From Azolla caroliniana (Eukaryota > Plantae > Polypodiophyta): a stretch of 64,000 bases of DNA. A model generated the notes under the pieces. It saw only the letters and a list, made by a program, of their open reading frames with translations, ran no database searches and was not told the origin of the DNA. Made by a program: the position numbers and the translations under genes. Positions 38,328 through 48,800 of the stretch are shown one piece after another. The stretch is taken from NCBI GenBank assembly GCA_043228905.1, contig JBHGNT010000018.1, positions 6,448,001-6,512,000 on the forward strand, read 5' to 3'. The stretch's first letter is position 1, and every line of letters begins with the position of its first letter.

Positions 38328-41300
38328 GGGGAGAGAGAGAGAGAGAGAGAGACTTGCTCAGGCACATGCAGATGAAGCAACGTTGTTGCAACTGGTTCTT
38401 ACAAATATGTGGAGGAGCTATGGAGGAAGAAACAGTCTGATGTCATGAGATGTCTTACTTCTACACGTAAGAAGTACCGTTGTCGTAGTGTAATTCACAC
38501 ATTACATGAAAATTCCATTTTTTGTTCCTCCAGATGGGACAAGGAGAACCGGTAAGGAGGACCTAGTAAGGAGAACCGGTGAGAACCGGATGAAGGAGGA
38601 CCCAGTAAGGAGAACCGGTGAGAACCAGATGAAGGAGGACCGGGTAAGCAGAACCGGTGAGAACCGAATGAAGGAGGAACCGAAAAGGAGGACCCGGTAA
38701 GAACCGGATCAAGCAGAACCGGCAAGAGCTGGATAAAGAAGGCCAGTGAGAGTCTCTCACCATATGAACAGACAAATTTGTAAAAAGAAGAAAAGATTGT
38801 TATATGCTTAGGGTAGAATTTGAACCTTGTACCTCCACATAGACAAACCCCAACCTTACCATTATAGTAACTCATCCTAAGTGTTCTAAATATAGATTCA
38901 ATACGTATAAGACCTTTATTTATGCCTACCTTTATTAAAAGGTAAGTCATGCATTTTTAGAATGCATGAATACTTTATTTAGAAGAAAAATATACACCAA
39001 TAAAAAATTACTCGTACACATCTAGCGAGCATGAGCACTATATTTAGGAAATAAAAGCATAATGTAAAAAGCAACTCATGCACATTTAGTGTGCATGAAC
39101 ACTTTAGAAAAAGCATGAAGCTATGCTTAGCCTCTTCCATCCTTATATAAGGAGGTGAGAAAGATGTATGGTGTTGTTGATTATTTTACAAGGATTGATC
39201 AATCTAATATATTCGTGGGATTCACGAGTTTATCATCAAAATTCCCTTTCTTACAATATAAATATTGATTAAATACACTAAACACGTGGGATTCAGAAGT
39301 TTTATTTCTTACTTCTCTTTCTACCTATTCATAACTAGCCTTATATTGTATTCTTCTTTCTCCTAGTCCAAAACCTCAGTGGTTCCCACCCAACTCACGC
39401 AACGATCCGGAGCCGAAAGGCACGACACAAGTGGTGAACCCGACGTGAAACCGGGTGGGTAGGAGATAGAAAATCAACCGGGGGCTAATAACATGATGGC
39501 GATGTTTGAGTGGATGCTACAAGAACAACGTGCGATGTCAGAGATTGCGACGGTAGCAGAGCAGCTCATGCAACGGAACGGGCAATTCAACGAGAAAGAT
39601 GTGTCGCGATACTTGCGAGATTACAAGGCGGAAATGCTATTGTGAGGGATTTTGGAAGGACTGCAAGTGACATCCTTTAACCAGGTGGCGATCGACGGGC
39701 TTCAAAGGAGTATCCACGGGATACAACAACAAAATCCGACGTGGGAGGCATTTGAAGAGGCGCTAAAGACCACGTTCGCCATCGAGGACTCCTCCAAGGC
39801 AACGAGGCGGGGATTCGAAGATTGGATGGAAACACCGGATAAGGGGATGAAGGTCCTCGATGTGTTTTCATCATTCGAAAGTCAGTTTGCGAGGTTGTCA
39901 ACGAGAGATCAAGCTATCCTCGCACTTGACAAAGTGATCATGTTCCTACGAGTTGTGGACATCCGCGACCGGAAAAATCTTGGAGTGCTTTTGGAGGACA
40001 CGACCACTGAGAGTGGCCTCACCGAAACATGGGAAAGCGTGCGGGATATCGTCGCACGATACACGAAGAGAGCGCAATGGCTTGCTAGCAAAGAAAAGAG
40101 GGTTTTAGAACCGATTCCGAAACCGAGATCCAGATTGGAAGACCATCAATCGAGGGCTCGGGAGACTACGACCTAGAAGGGAATCGATGCAACCACGATG
40201 GAGCAGTCGCTGAAAGAAATGGAGAATCTGAAAATTGCGATGGTAAAGAAGTTGGATGACCATCCCACAAGCTCAAAGTATATGGACCGTCGGTGCATAT
40301 GGTGCGATAGCACCGAACATGATCGGAGGGATTGCGACGAGCACAAGGAGGCGTTACGACGGGATCTTATCTACTACGAGGAAAATTAGATCCATTCGAT
40401 GGACTCTCAGAAGCCACTCCAACCGAACTTCCGGAAAGGCGGCATGAAGAAGGTCCTCGAGGAGGAAATAGCAGCGAAAAGAAATTATGCGACAATTGCG
40501 GGAATATGTTGTCGTAGTGTAATTCGCACACTACGTGAAAATTTGCATTTCTGGTCTCTCCGGATAGGATATGGAGTACTCGATGAGAACCGGAAGGAGG
40601 AACTGGTAAGGACCGGACTTGGTAAGGAGACCCGGTGAGAACCGGATGAAGAAGGCTGGTGAGAGTCTCTCACTGGATGAAGAGACATATTTGTAAATAG
40701 AAGAAAGTATAAAAATAAATATTATATAGAAAGGGCAAGATTCAAACCTTGCACCTCCATGTTTATAATGTAAAGCCTTACCATTACACTAACATATCAT
40801 TAGTGTTAAAAAAGTAAACGTCCCACATAGAAAGGTAAGTTCACGCTAGGATAAACATTAGTTAGAAGAAAACGCATGATAAAAGAAAAATCTACGCATG
40901 CACATGTAGCGTGCATGAACACCATAATCGATAAAAACCATCAAGTTAGAAAAAGTAGGATCACTTTAGAAAAAACATGTTAGAGAAAGCATAGAGTCTA
41001 TCTATAGAAAAAGCATGGATTGTTAAGACTCTCTCATCACTATATAAAGATGAGGAGCACAATGTAATAGGGGGGTGTGTGGAATATTTGGAAATTGGAT
41101 ATATTTCCTAAAACACCAATTAATATAATATATTCGTGGGATTCACGAATTTGGGATCAAAATTGTCTCTTACTATCTAAATATGGAATAATTAAACTAA
41201 ACTCGTGGGATTCACGAGATTCATAACTTACCTATCTTTCTACCTATTCATTACTAGCCTTATCTCATATTCTTCTTTCTCCTAGTCCAAAACCTCAGTG

Positions 41301-42841
41301 GTTACCACCTGACTCAAGCAACGATCCGGCGCCGAAAGGCACGACACAAGTGGTGAACTCGACGTGAAACCGGGTGGCAAGGAGATGGAGAATCAACAAG
41401 AGGCGATGAGCATAATGATGATGATGATTGAGTGGATGCAACAAAAACAGCGTGCGATGTCGAAGATGAAGTCGGCAGTAGAGCGGCTTGTGCAACAAAA
41501 GAAGCAATTCAACGGAAATGATGTGTCACGCTATCTTCATGACTACAAGGTGGAGATGATGAGACATGGGATACCGGAATGATTGCAAGTGATATCCTTC
41601 AGTCGGGTGGCCACGGATGAGCTACAAGAGAGAATCCACAAGATATGGCAACAAAACCCGACATGGGGGTCCTTTGAAGAAGGTTTATGAGAGGCATATG
41701 ACTATGAGAGATCGAAGGGACAAGATTGACGCGAGTTCGACAAATGGGTGGTATCGGAGAAGACTGACCGAAGTGCAACACAAGCATTCCTAGAGTTCGA
41801 GCATTGTTTTGCTCGACTCTCGGAGCGGGAACAACGATTAGTGGGGGTGGATAAATTCCTAATGTTCGTAAGATCAATTGTTCGGAAAGAAAGGATGAAC
41901 ATCGGGATCAAACTCGAAGATGATGACAGTCCAAATGGCCTTACCGAGGATTGGGCTGAAGTTGAAAGAGTATGTCGAAGATATGATAAAAGGAAGACGA
42001 GAATATTGTCGGCAACAACATGGCCTACAAGGAATGATCGATTAAGGATGAATGATGTAGCCGGCATGAAGGCCGAAATACAATATGATGGTACCACGGG
42101 AGAGAGTGTGGAACAAGACACCCTCTTGTCTTGTGAAAGAACCACGACCAAGGATAAGGTCGATGACTTGAGAGTGGCGAACACCACTTCAAGAAAGGAA
42201 GAAGGTTTCGGAATACAAGTATCCGAAACATCAGGTGAAAAAGGGGTAAGCATAATCGAAGCTTGCATGATCGAGGGAGATAAAGAGTGCGAGGCAGACT
42301 TGATTGAGGAGGTCGCCACGAAAGATGACATCGAATCGGAGGTGGCTATGGACGAATCAATGGCGGATGGCCGTATAAAGACTTTCCTAGTTCTAGAGAC
42401 TTCGGCAGTTGCGTTCGAAAGACAACATGAGACCGAAGAGATGGAAGGTGGCGGAGAGAAAACGAAGGTCGAAGCCGATGCATACGACGGAGAGATAGCT
42501 GAGAAGGTGGCTATGGGTGAAACGACGGAGAATGATAATACTGAGGATTCCTGCTCACTAATCCTAGAGACTTCGGCGGTTGTGTCCGAGAAGCAACATG
42601 AGAGCGGAGAGACGGGAGATGACAGTGAGGAAGGTAAAGTCAGAAGTCGGTTCGGATGGAAGATGATCCGTCCGAAATTCCGATCTAAACGAAAGTCGAA
42701 CTGGTCAAATCCGGTGAACACGAAGAAAGGAAAGTCAACCCAGACCGAAACCTGTTGTAGGCGAGGAAGGTCGTCAATGCGGAAGATCGAGAAGCATTCG
42801 ATTCTCGCTGGATACCTGCGTATGACAGTCTCTAGGTCGTT

Positions 42842-42887
<46 letters not shown>

Positions 42888-43086
42888 AAAAGACTCTTTA
42901 TTTCACAAAGCAACAATACAACAGCCCAACCTTACAAAAAGGTTACAAGGTCACTATATATAGTGACCGACTTAGGGCAACTACCCTTTACTAGGACCAA
43001 ATGGTCGAAACAAGGAGTGCGTAGAGATAGGCACAAGACGATTAGAGGGTGCTTAAGCTAAACAAGAGAAAGTAGGCAACATACAC

Positions 43087-43126
<40 letters not shown>

Positions 43127-43172
43127 TTTTTAATTCAAAGAGGGAGAGATGTTTTAAATTCAAAGAGGGTGG

Positions 43173-43227
43173 TGGTCTTAGGCAAACTAGTTTCGCTCAA
43201 TAGTGGAGCTCTTCAGTGCAAAGACCA
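43173..43227 (-). ncRNA. Type I hammerhead ribozyme (minimal, palindromic stem III)
   Basis: Minus strand: TGGTCTT T GCA CTGAAGA GCTC cactatt GAGC GAAA C TA G TT TGC CT AAGACCA. Shows the CUGANGA/GAAA core, 4-bp stem II, bipartite stem I (3+7 bp) and GUU cleavage triplet. Confidence 0.88.
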
Positions 43228-43246
43228 TTACAACAAGAGAATGTGA

Positions 43247-43254
43247 TTTATAAA
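43247..43254 (-). promoter_or_regulatory. Candidate TATA box just upstream of the hammerhead
   Basis: TTTATAAA ~20 nt 5' of ribozyme stem I on the RT sense strand. Confidence 0.4.
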
Positions 43255-43341
43255 GGGGTGGGAAGGAAGAGGGAGTGAGAGAAAAAGGAGTGGGGAGGAT
43301 TTGATTTGTGTAGTAGATGAGAGAGAATAGAATGTGGTGAT

Positions 43342-43394
<53 letters not shown>

Positions 43395-43498
43395 GTGTGT
43401 AGGAAAGTGATAGGGAATGAGAGAAGGGAAATTAGTATAATGATGATGGTGAGGGGAGAGTTTTTAATGTGATGAAAAAGGGGGATTTGGGATAATAT

Positions 43499-43700
43499 TA
43501 AGTGGGGGATGTGGGTGAATTATTTGAAAACTTAGTGTTAAGTGGGGGATTTGGGTGGATTGTTTGAAACTTTAGTCTTAAGTGGGGGATTTGGGTGGAT
43601 TGTTTGAAAATTTAGTCTTAAGTGGGGGATTTTGGTGGATTGTTTGAAAACTTAGTTTTAAGTGGGGGATTTTGGTGGATTTTTTGAAAACTTGGTCTTA
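43499..43700 (-). repeat. Five tandem 40-bp repeats; the first overlaps the RT C-terminus and stop codon
   Basis: agtgggggat recurs at 43501, 43541, 43581, 43621 and 43661; the unit encodes KTKFSKNPPKSPT*. Confidence 0.95.
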
Positions 43701-45526
43701 ACTAGGAGGGCATGTAAGGACTTAGATTTTGTCCAACATACGAAAGGGCGTGAGATGCTTGTAAGCTCGGGATCTAACATTAAGTCATTATAGAGATTTT
43801 TTAGAAAACTATGAATGCCTAGTTTTGGGGTATGTTTGGTGTATCTAAGTTTAAAGATTGTGGGGTTAAGGGAAGTAATAGTTTTGGGTTGATATAGGAG
43901 TGTTTTTCTAAGACTAAAAGGTATTTTCTTATAGCTTTTTAGTATAAAGGATGGAGGGTAACCACGGTTAACTAGTCTATTGAAAAAGAGTTTTTTCATT
44001 TGGTAGAAACCTAATGGGGTGCTTTCTCTAATAAGATATCTCTTCACTTCATTAGTGATAAAGTGTTGTTTCGTATGGGAAGGATGATCCGATGAAAAAG
44101 GCAAGTATTGGTATGAATTGAGAGGTTTTTGAAAACAATTAAATAAGAAAGATGAATTTTCGAGGTTGATCCATATGTCTAAAAAAGGTAGCCGAAAGGG
44201 GGAAGTTTGAATGGTAAGCTTGATGGAGTTATTTGTGTGTGAAGGGTAAAAGTCGAGATATTCTAAAAGTTGAGATTTGGTGCCTGTCCAGACCCCAAAT
44301 GCATCATCAATATAGCGGGTGAAGTAGAAGAGATGGGGGGGCGATGGTTGTAAGTTTTCGAGATATACTAAAAAGAGGCATGCATATACGACTGAAAAGT
44401 TGCTACCCATGGCCGTACCTTTTATTTGTTGGTAAACTACGTCATCGAAAGTGAGATAGTGATATTCTAAAATAAGGGCACTAAGGGTATAGATGAGATT
44501 TGTTTTCGAAGGGGAAAAGTGGGGGGTGATTAGACTACGTAGGGCTTGGAGTCCTAACTTAGGGGGGATACTAGGATAGAGAGATTCAACGTCAAACGTG
44601 AATAAGAAACTATTAGATGGTGGGTGTAGGTTTTCTAGTGATTGGATTAGTGTGTGAGAGTCTTTTAGATATTGTGGTTGGAGAAGGAGGATTGGTAAAA
44701 GTTGGTGGTGTAACCACTTTGATGTTTGTTCAAATAAGGAGTTATTATATGAACAAATGGGCCGGAAACCCATAGGTGTTTTGTGTAATTTAGGGAGGAA
44801 ATAGAGGTTGGATACTTGATATCCTTTTTTGGGTTTGTGGAGGATGAAATTAGCTTCAATTGGGGAAAGTGTACCTAAGTGGTTTGTTATTATGTTATTA
44901 AGGCGGTATAGTAACTCTTCCAAGGGGAAGTGGCTGACTCTCTTATAGGTGGTAGAATTTGAGAGGTGTTCTATGGCTTTGGTGTAGTATGTGTCTTTAT
45001 CTAGAACACATACTCCCATATTTTTATCGGCTGGGAGGATGATAATGTGTTTGTTGTGTTGGAGGCTTTTAAAGGCTCTAGAGAGGTGGTATGGGATTCT
45101 AGTGTTTATGGGTTTAGTGTTGTGTGCTATTTGGTTAAGGATGTGTTGGTGTTTTTCTATTATGGAGACTAGGGGTGGATATTCTGTGGGTGGCATCCAA
45201 CTAGGGTTAGGTAGTTTGAAGGGGTTGAGAGGAAGTGAAGGTGTATTTCTAAAAAAATGTTTTAGCTTGAGGGATCTCGAGAGGTGGGTGAATTCTTTTA
45301 GGATATTGTTGGGTGAGGGAGGTGGGGATGGTAGGATATACTTAAGGCCTAGGTTTAGCAATTGTGTTTCATTTTTAGTGAGGTTATGTTTAGAGAGGTT
45401 ATGGATTTTACTATGAATTACTTGTGTACTAGTAAGAGGTTTCCAGAAGTTGGTTCTAGGTTTTTTATTTCGGGATTTGGGGTGTGAAAGGAAGGGAAAT
45501 AGTTTCTGTTTTCCCCCAAACCACAT
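43658..45526 (-). CDS. Penelope-like reverse transcriptase (622 aa from first internal Met; frame open to the insertion boundary)
   Basis: IHNLS..LT..E..LLNLGLKY, PADKNMG, YFLPKLHK, RPICS, FDVESLYPSI, QIKGTAMGS, RYIDD, LPFLDI, YLPFSSDHP, NRGYP; no GIY-YIG. The track's first 7 codons come from the host LTR. Confidence 0.9.
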   Translation of the reverse strand: MWFGGKQKLFPFLSHPKSRNKKPRTNFWKPLTSTQVIHSKIHNLSKHNLTKNETQLLNLGLKYILPSPPPSPNNILKEFTHLSRSLKLKHFFRNTPSLPLNPFKLPNPSWMPPTEYPPLVSIIEKHQHILNQIAHNTKPINTRIPYHLSRAFKSLQHNKHIIILPADKNMGVCVLDKDTYYTKAIEHLSNSTTYKRVSHFPLEELLYRLNNIITNHLGTLSPIEANFILHKPKKGYQVSNLYFLPKLHKTPMGFRPICSYNNSLFEQTSKWLHHQLLPILLLQPQYLKDSHTLIQSLENLHPPSNSFLFTFDVESLYPSIPPKLGLQALRSLITPHFSPSKTNLIYTLSALILEYHYLTFDDVVYQQIKGTAMGSNFSVVYACLFLVYLENLQPSPPHLFYFTRYIDDAFGVWTGTKSQLLEYLDFYPSHTNNSIKLTIQTSPFRLPFLDIWINLENSSFLFNCFQKPLNSYQYLPFSSDHPSHTKQHFITNEVKRYLIRESTPLGFYQMKKLFFNRLVNRGYPPSFILKSYKKIPFSLRKTLLYQPKTITSLNPTIFKLRYTKHTPKLGIHSFLKNLYNDLMLDPELTSISRPFVCWTKSKSLHALLVKTKFSKNPPKSPT

Positions 45527-45835
45527 ATATGTGTCTTGGGTGGAGGGGGATCTATTAAGTAGGTAGAATAAACGTTTGCTAATTACATAAATGGCCAAAA
45601 CGGGATAGTGTGAATACGTCCATTATACACATGTATTCGACACTCCCCCGTAATGGGCGTATACATGGGTTATCTAAGATTACAGGTATAGACTTGGGTT
45701 CTCGGACATATCAGCTTTGTTCGAGTCGGCAGGGTCCGAAGGCAGAAGACCGAACTGGTCGGGTCGGAACAGTTGAAGCCGATCATTAAGGAACTGATGT
45801 CGGTTGTCGGGGACCATCCTGCTCTGTGTCCGGCT

Positions 45836-48800
45836 CTAACCGGACTGGTTTGTCGTTACGCCCATCTGATGCCGAAGAGACCGAAAGCGGTCTGCCGAAA
45901 GACACTTGGTCATTCCATCTGCGACATTGTCGGTTGTGGATATTTTCTCTAGACCGATTTTCCCTGAGATGACGCAGTCCCGAACGAAGTGATATCGAAC
46001 GTCGATATGTTTGGAGGCGTTGTGGTGAACCGGATTTTTCGACAAGGCAACAGCACCTTGACTGTCGCTGTAGACAACTGGAGCCGAGTCATGGTCGACT
46101 TGTCGAAACGTGTGCGCCAGCCGACCGAGCCACAAAGCTTCTTTTGCTGCGTCGGACGCAGCTACATATTCTGCTTCGGTCGTTGAGGTCGCTGTGCACT
46201 CCTGAAGTTTCGACTTCCACGAGATTGCTCCATTGCCGAATTTGAAGCAGTATCCGGTTGTTGATTTCCGACTGTCTATACAGCCGGCGAAGTCCGAGTC
46301 GGTGTAACCGACTACGCCTGAGGTTCGGTTCGGACCGAAAAGAATGCCATGGTCTTTTGTGCCAGCCAGATATCTGAACACATGCTTGACTGCGTTCCAA
46401 TGCGATCGGCCAGGATTGTGCATAAATCTGCTAACGACTCCTACGGCATGAGAAATATCAGGCCGTGTCGCGACCATCAGGTACATAAGGGAGCCGACTG
46501 CCGGTGCATACGGTACCGACTTCATATCTTCCCCCTCCGAACCGGATGTCGGGCAGTCTCGCTGAGAGAGCCGAAGATTCATGGGGAGCGGGGTTGAAGC
46601 AGATTTGGCTGATTGCATGTTGAAGCGTTCCAAGACACGTCCGATATAGTCGGTCTGAGACAAAAAAAGATGTCGTTTATCGCGATGCCGACTAATCTTC
46701 ATGCCAAGGATGTGTCGTGCCGGACCGAGGTCCTTCATAGCAAACTTCAACCGCAGTTGCCGAATGAGATCGGCAAGTTCGCCCGCGTGGCGTCCAGAAA
46801 TTAGCATGTCGTCCACGTAAATGATGAGGAAGATGGGTGATCCATCTTGAGCTGTGTTGGTGAAGAGACAATGGTCCTCATCGCTTTTGGAGAAGCCGAT
46901 CGATTGGATGAAGTCGTCGAACTTCTTGTACCATTGTCGGGGTGCCTGTTTGAGGCCGTATAGACTCTTCCTGAGTCGGCAGACTAGATGTTCTTGGCCA
47001 GTTGCCACGAAGCCTTTTGGCTGCTCCATATAAATTTCCTCCTCGAGATCACCATGGAGGAAGGCTGTTTTGACATCTAGCTGAATCAGCTCCAAGTTGT
47101 CGGCTGCCACTACGCCGAGAAGAAAGCGAAGGGTTGTCATTTTCACCACTGGTGAAAAAATCTCGTCGAAGTCGACGCCATATTCTTGTCGGAAGCCCTT
47201 CGCAACTAATCTGGCCTTGTACTTTGGGGTGGTCGAATCAGACGTCTCTTTTAGTCGATAAACCCACTTGCAAGGAAGAGCACGTCGGTTCCTAGGTAAT
47301 TCGACCAGATCCCAAGTCTTGTTTGCCCGAATGGAGTGCATTTCCGACTCCATCGCCAGATGCCAGGTGGCGGAATCGACAGATGTCGATGCTTCTTCGT
47401 AAGACGTCGGTTCGCCGGCGTCGGTGAAGAAAATTCCAGGAGAATACCTCTCCGGAGGTTGCGACAGTCTCTCGGATCGTCGAGGTATGATTGGACTGGT
47501 CGCATCGGGTATCGAGGTCGGATGGTCCGAAAGCGGATTGTTCTGCTGTGCCGAGTCGGAGTTGTCCGAGTCGGTAGTGTAAGGTTCAGCTACCCGTGAA
47601 GCTGACCGTGTGTTGAGAGCGGGGCCTTCTTGAAGGGTCGGCACATCGGAAAATGTTACCCTTCGGACTTCGATCGGTTTTTCGACTGATGGATTCATAG
47701 CCGACTCGTTGAACACAACGTCCGAACTTCGGACGATTTGTGTGCGTTCGGGATCCCAGAGTCGGTATCCCATTTCGCCGTCTGATCCATATCCAAGGAA
47801 AATGCATTTCCTGGACCGAGGTGCAAGTTTTCGGCGATCATCTTTCGGAATAAGGGCGTACGCCTCGCATCCGAAGATCCTCAGCTTGTCGTAATTCGGC
47901 TTACTGCCGATCCATAGTTCCTGAGGAATTTGAAGTCCTAGAGGTCTACTTGGCGACATATTTATTATGTGTACTGCCGTGAGTAGAGCCTCTGCCCAGA
48001 AGCCATCCGACAGTCGGGAGTGTTGGAGCATGGAAACTATCCGTTCTTGGATTGTCCGATTCATTCGTTCTGCAATCCCGTTTTGCTCCGGACTGTGTGG
48101 TGCCGTAAATTCACGTCGGATGCCGCGTTGTCGGCAGAATTTGACGAATTCGTCGGATTTGAACTCTCCCCCATTGTCGGTCCGAAAGCATTTCAGTTTT
48201 CGGTCGGTTTGATTTTCTACCATAGCGAGCCAATCGGAGAAGATCGAGAAGACACGATCTTTGGTGCGAATCGGATAAGCCCACACCTTTCGAGTCGAAT
48301 CGTCAATAAAACTGACGAAGTAAGAGGCACCGCCAAGAGACTGATGAGGCATTGGGCCACAGACGTCCGAGTGGACTAAATCGAGAGGTCTCGTTTCTCT
48401 TGGTGCTGATGTCGGGTGTGATGCGGCTGCTTGTTTGCCATACTGGCAATGCTCGCAGAATTGATGGTCGGAGAAGGAGAGTTTGGGGATGTATCCGGCT
48501 CTGGATAGGTGCGTGATGCCGGCCTTGCTGAGGTGTCCTAGTCTTCGGTGCCATAGTGATGACACAGGAATATCCACCAAGAACAGGTTACCCTCTCTGA
48601 GCGTAACATGTAACGGATACAGGGAGTGTATCTTGGGTCCTCTAGCAAGCAGGAGGTTCCCCCTGTGGAGTGTCCACCCTCCCGAGGAAAAACCGGCACG
48701 AATGCCGTCTTCATCTAGTTGTCCGACTGAGATCAATGGCCTTGAGAGCTCGGGTACATGTCGGACATTGTGGAGTACAAGTGTAGAGCCACCTGCAAGG

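Larger units (their letters stand above)
42991..45576 (-). mobile_element. Penelope-like retroelement (PLE) lacking an endonuclease domain, inserted in copia 3' LTR without TSD
   Basis: Comparison with the uninterrupted LTR (cccttta|tgctaat at ~50667-50680) defines the exact insertion. Carries a PLE-type RT, a 40-bp array and a hammerhead ribozyme. Confidence 0.9.

Noticed and set aside
39432-39449. tRNA gene
   Set aside because: Only an 18-nt primer-binding site complementary to tRNA-Trp; no cloverleaf.
43499-43700. CRISPR-like or telomeric array next to an RT
   Set aside because: Contiguous tandem units with no spacers and no TTTAGGG; the unit derives from the ORF end.
42991-45576. Helitron (ends in CTAG, A|T target, no TSD)
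   Set aside because: No 5' TC, only a tiny hairpin, no Rep/helicase. The RT plus hammerhead explain it as a PLE.
45577-45598. Start of the 646-aa ORF as given in the track
   Set aside because: These codons are host copia LTR sequence beginning with TTG; the element boundary is 45576.
48341-48380. Second hammerhead (ctgatgag; also near 55757)
   Set aside because: No stem II followed by GAAA and no closing stems; lies in coding sequence.
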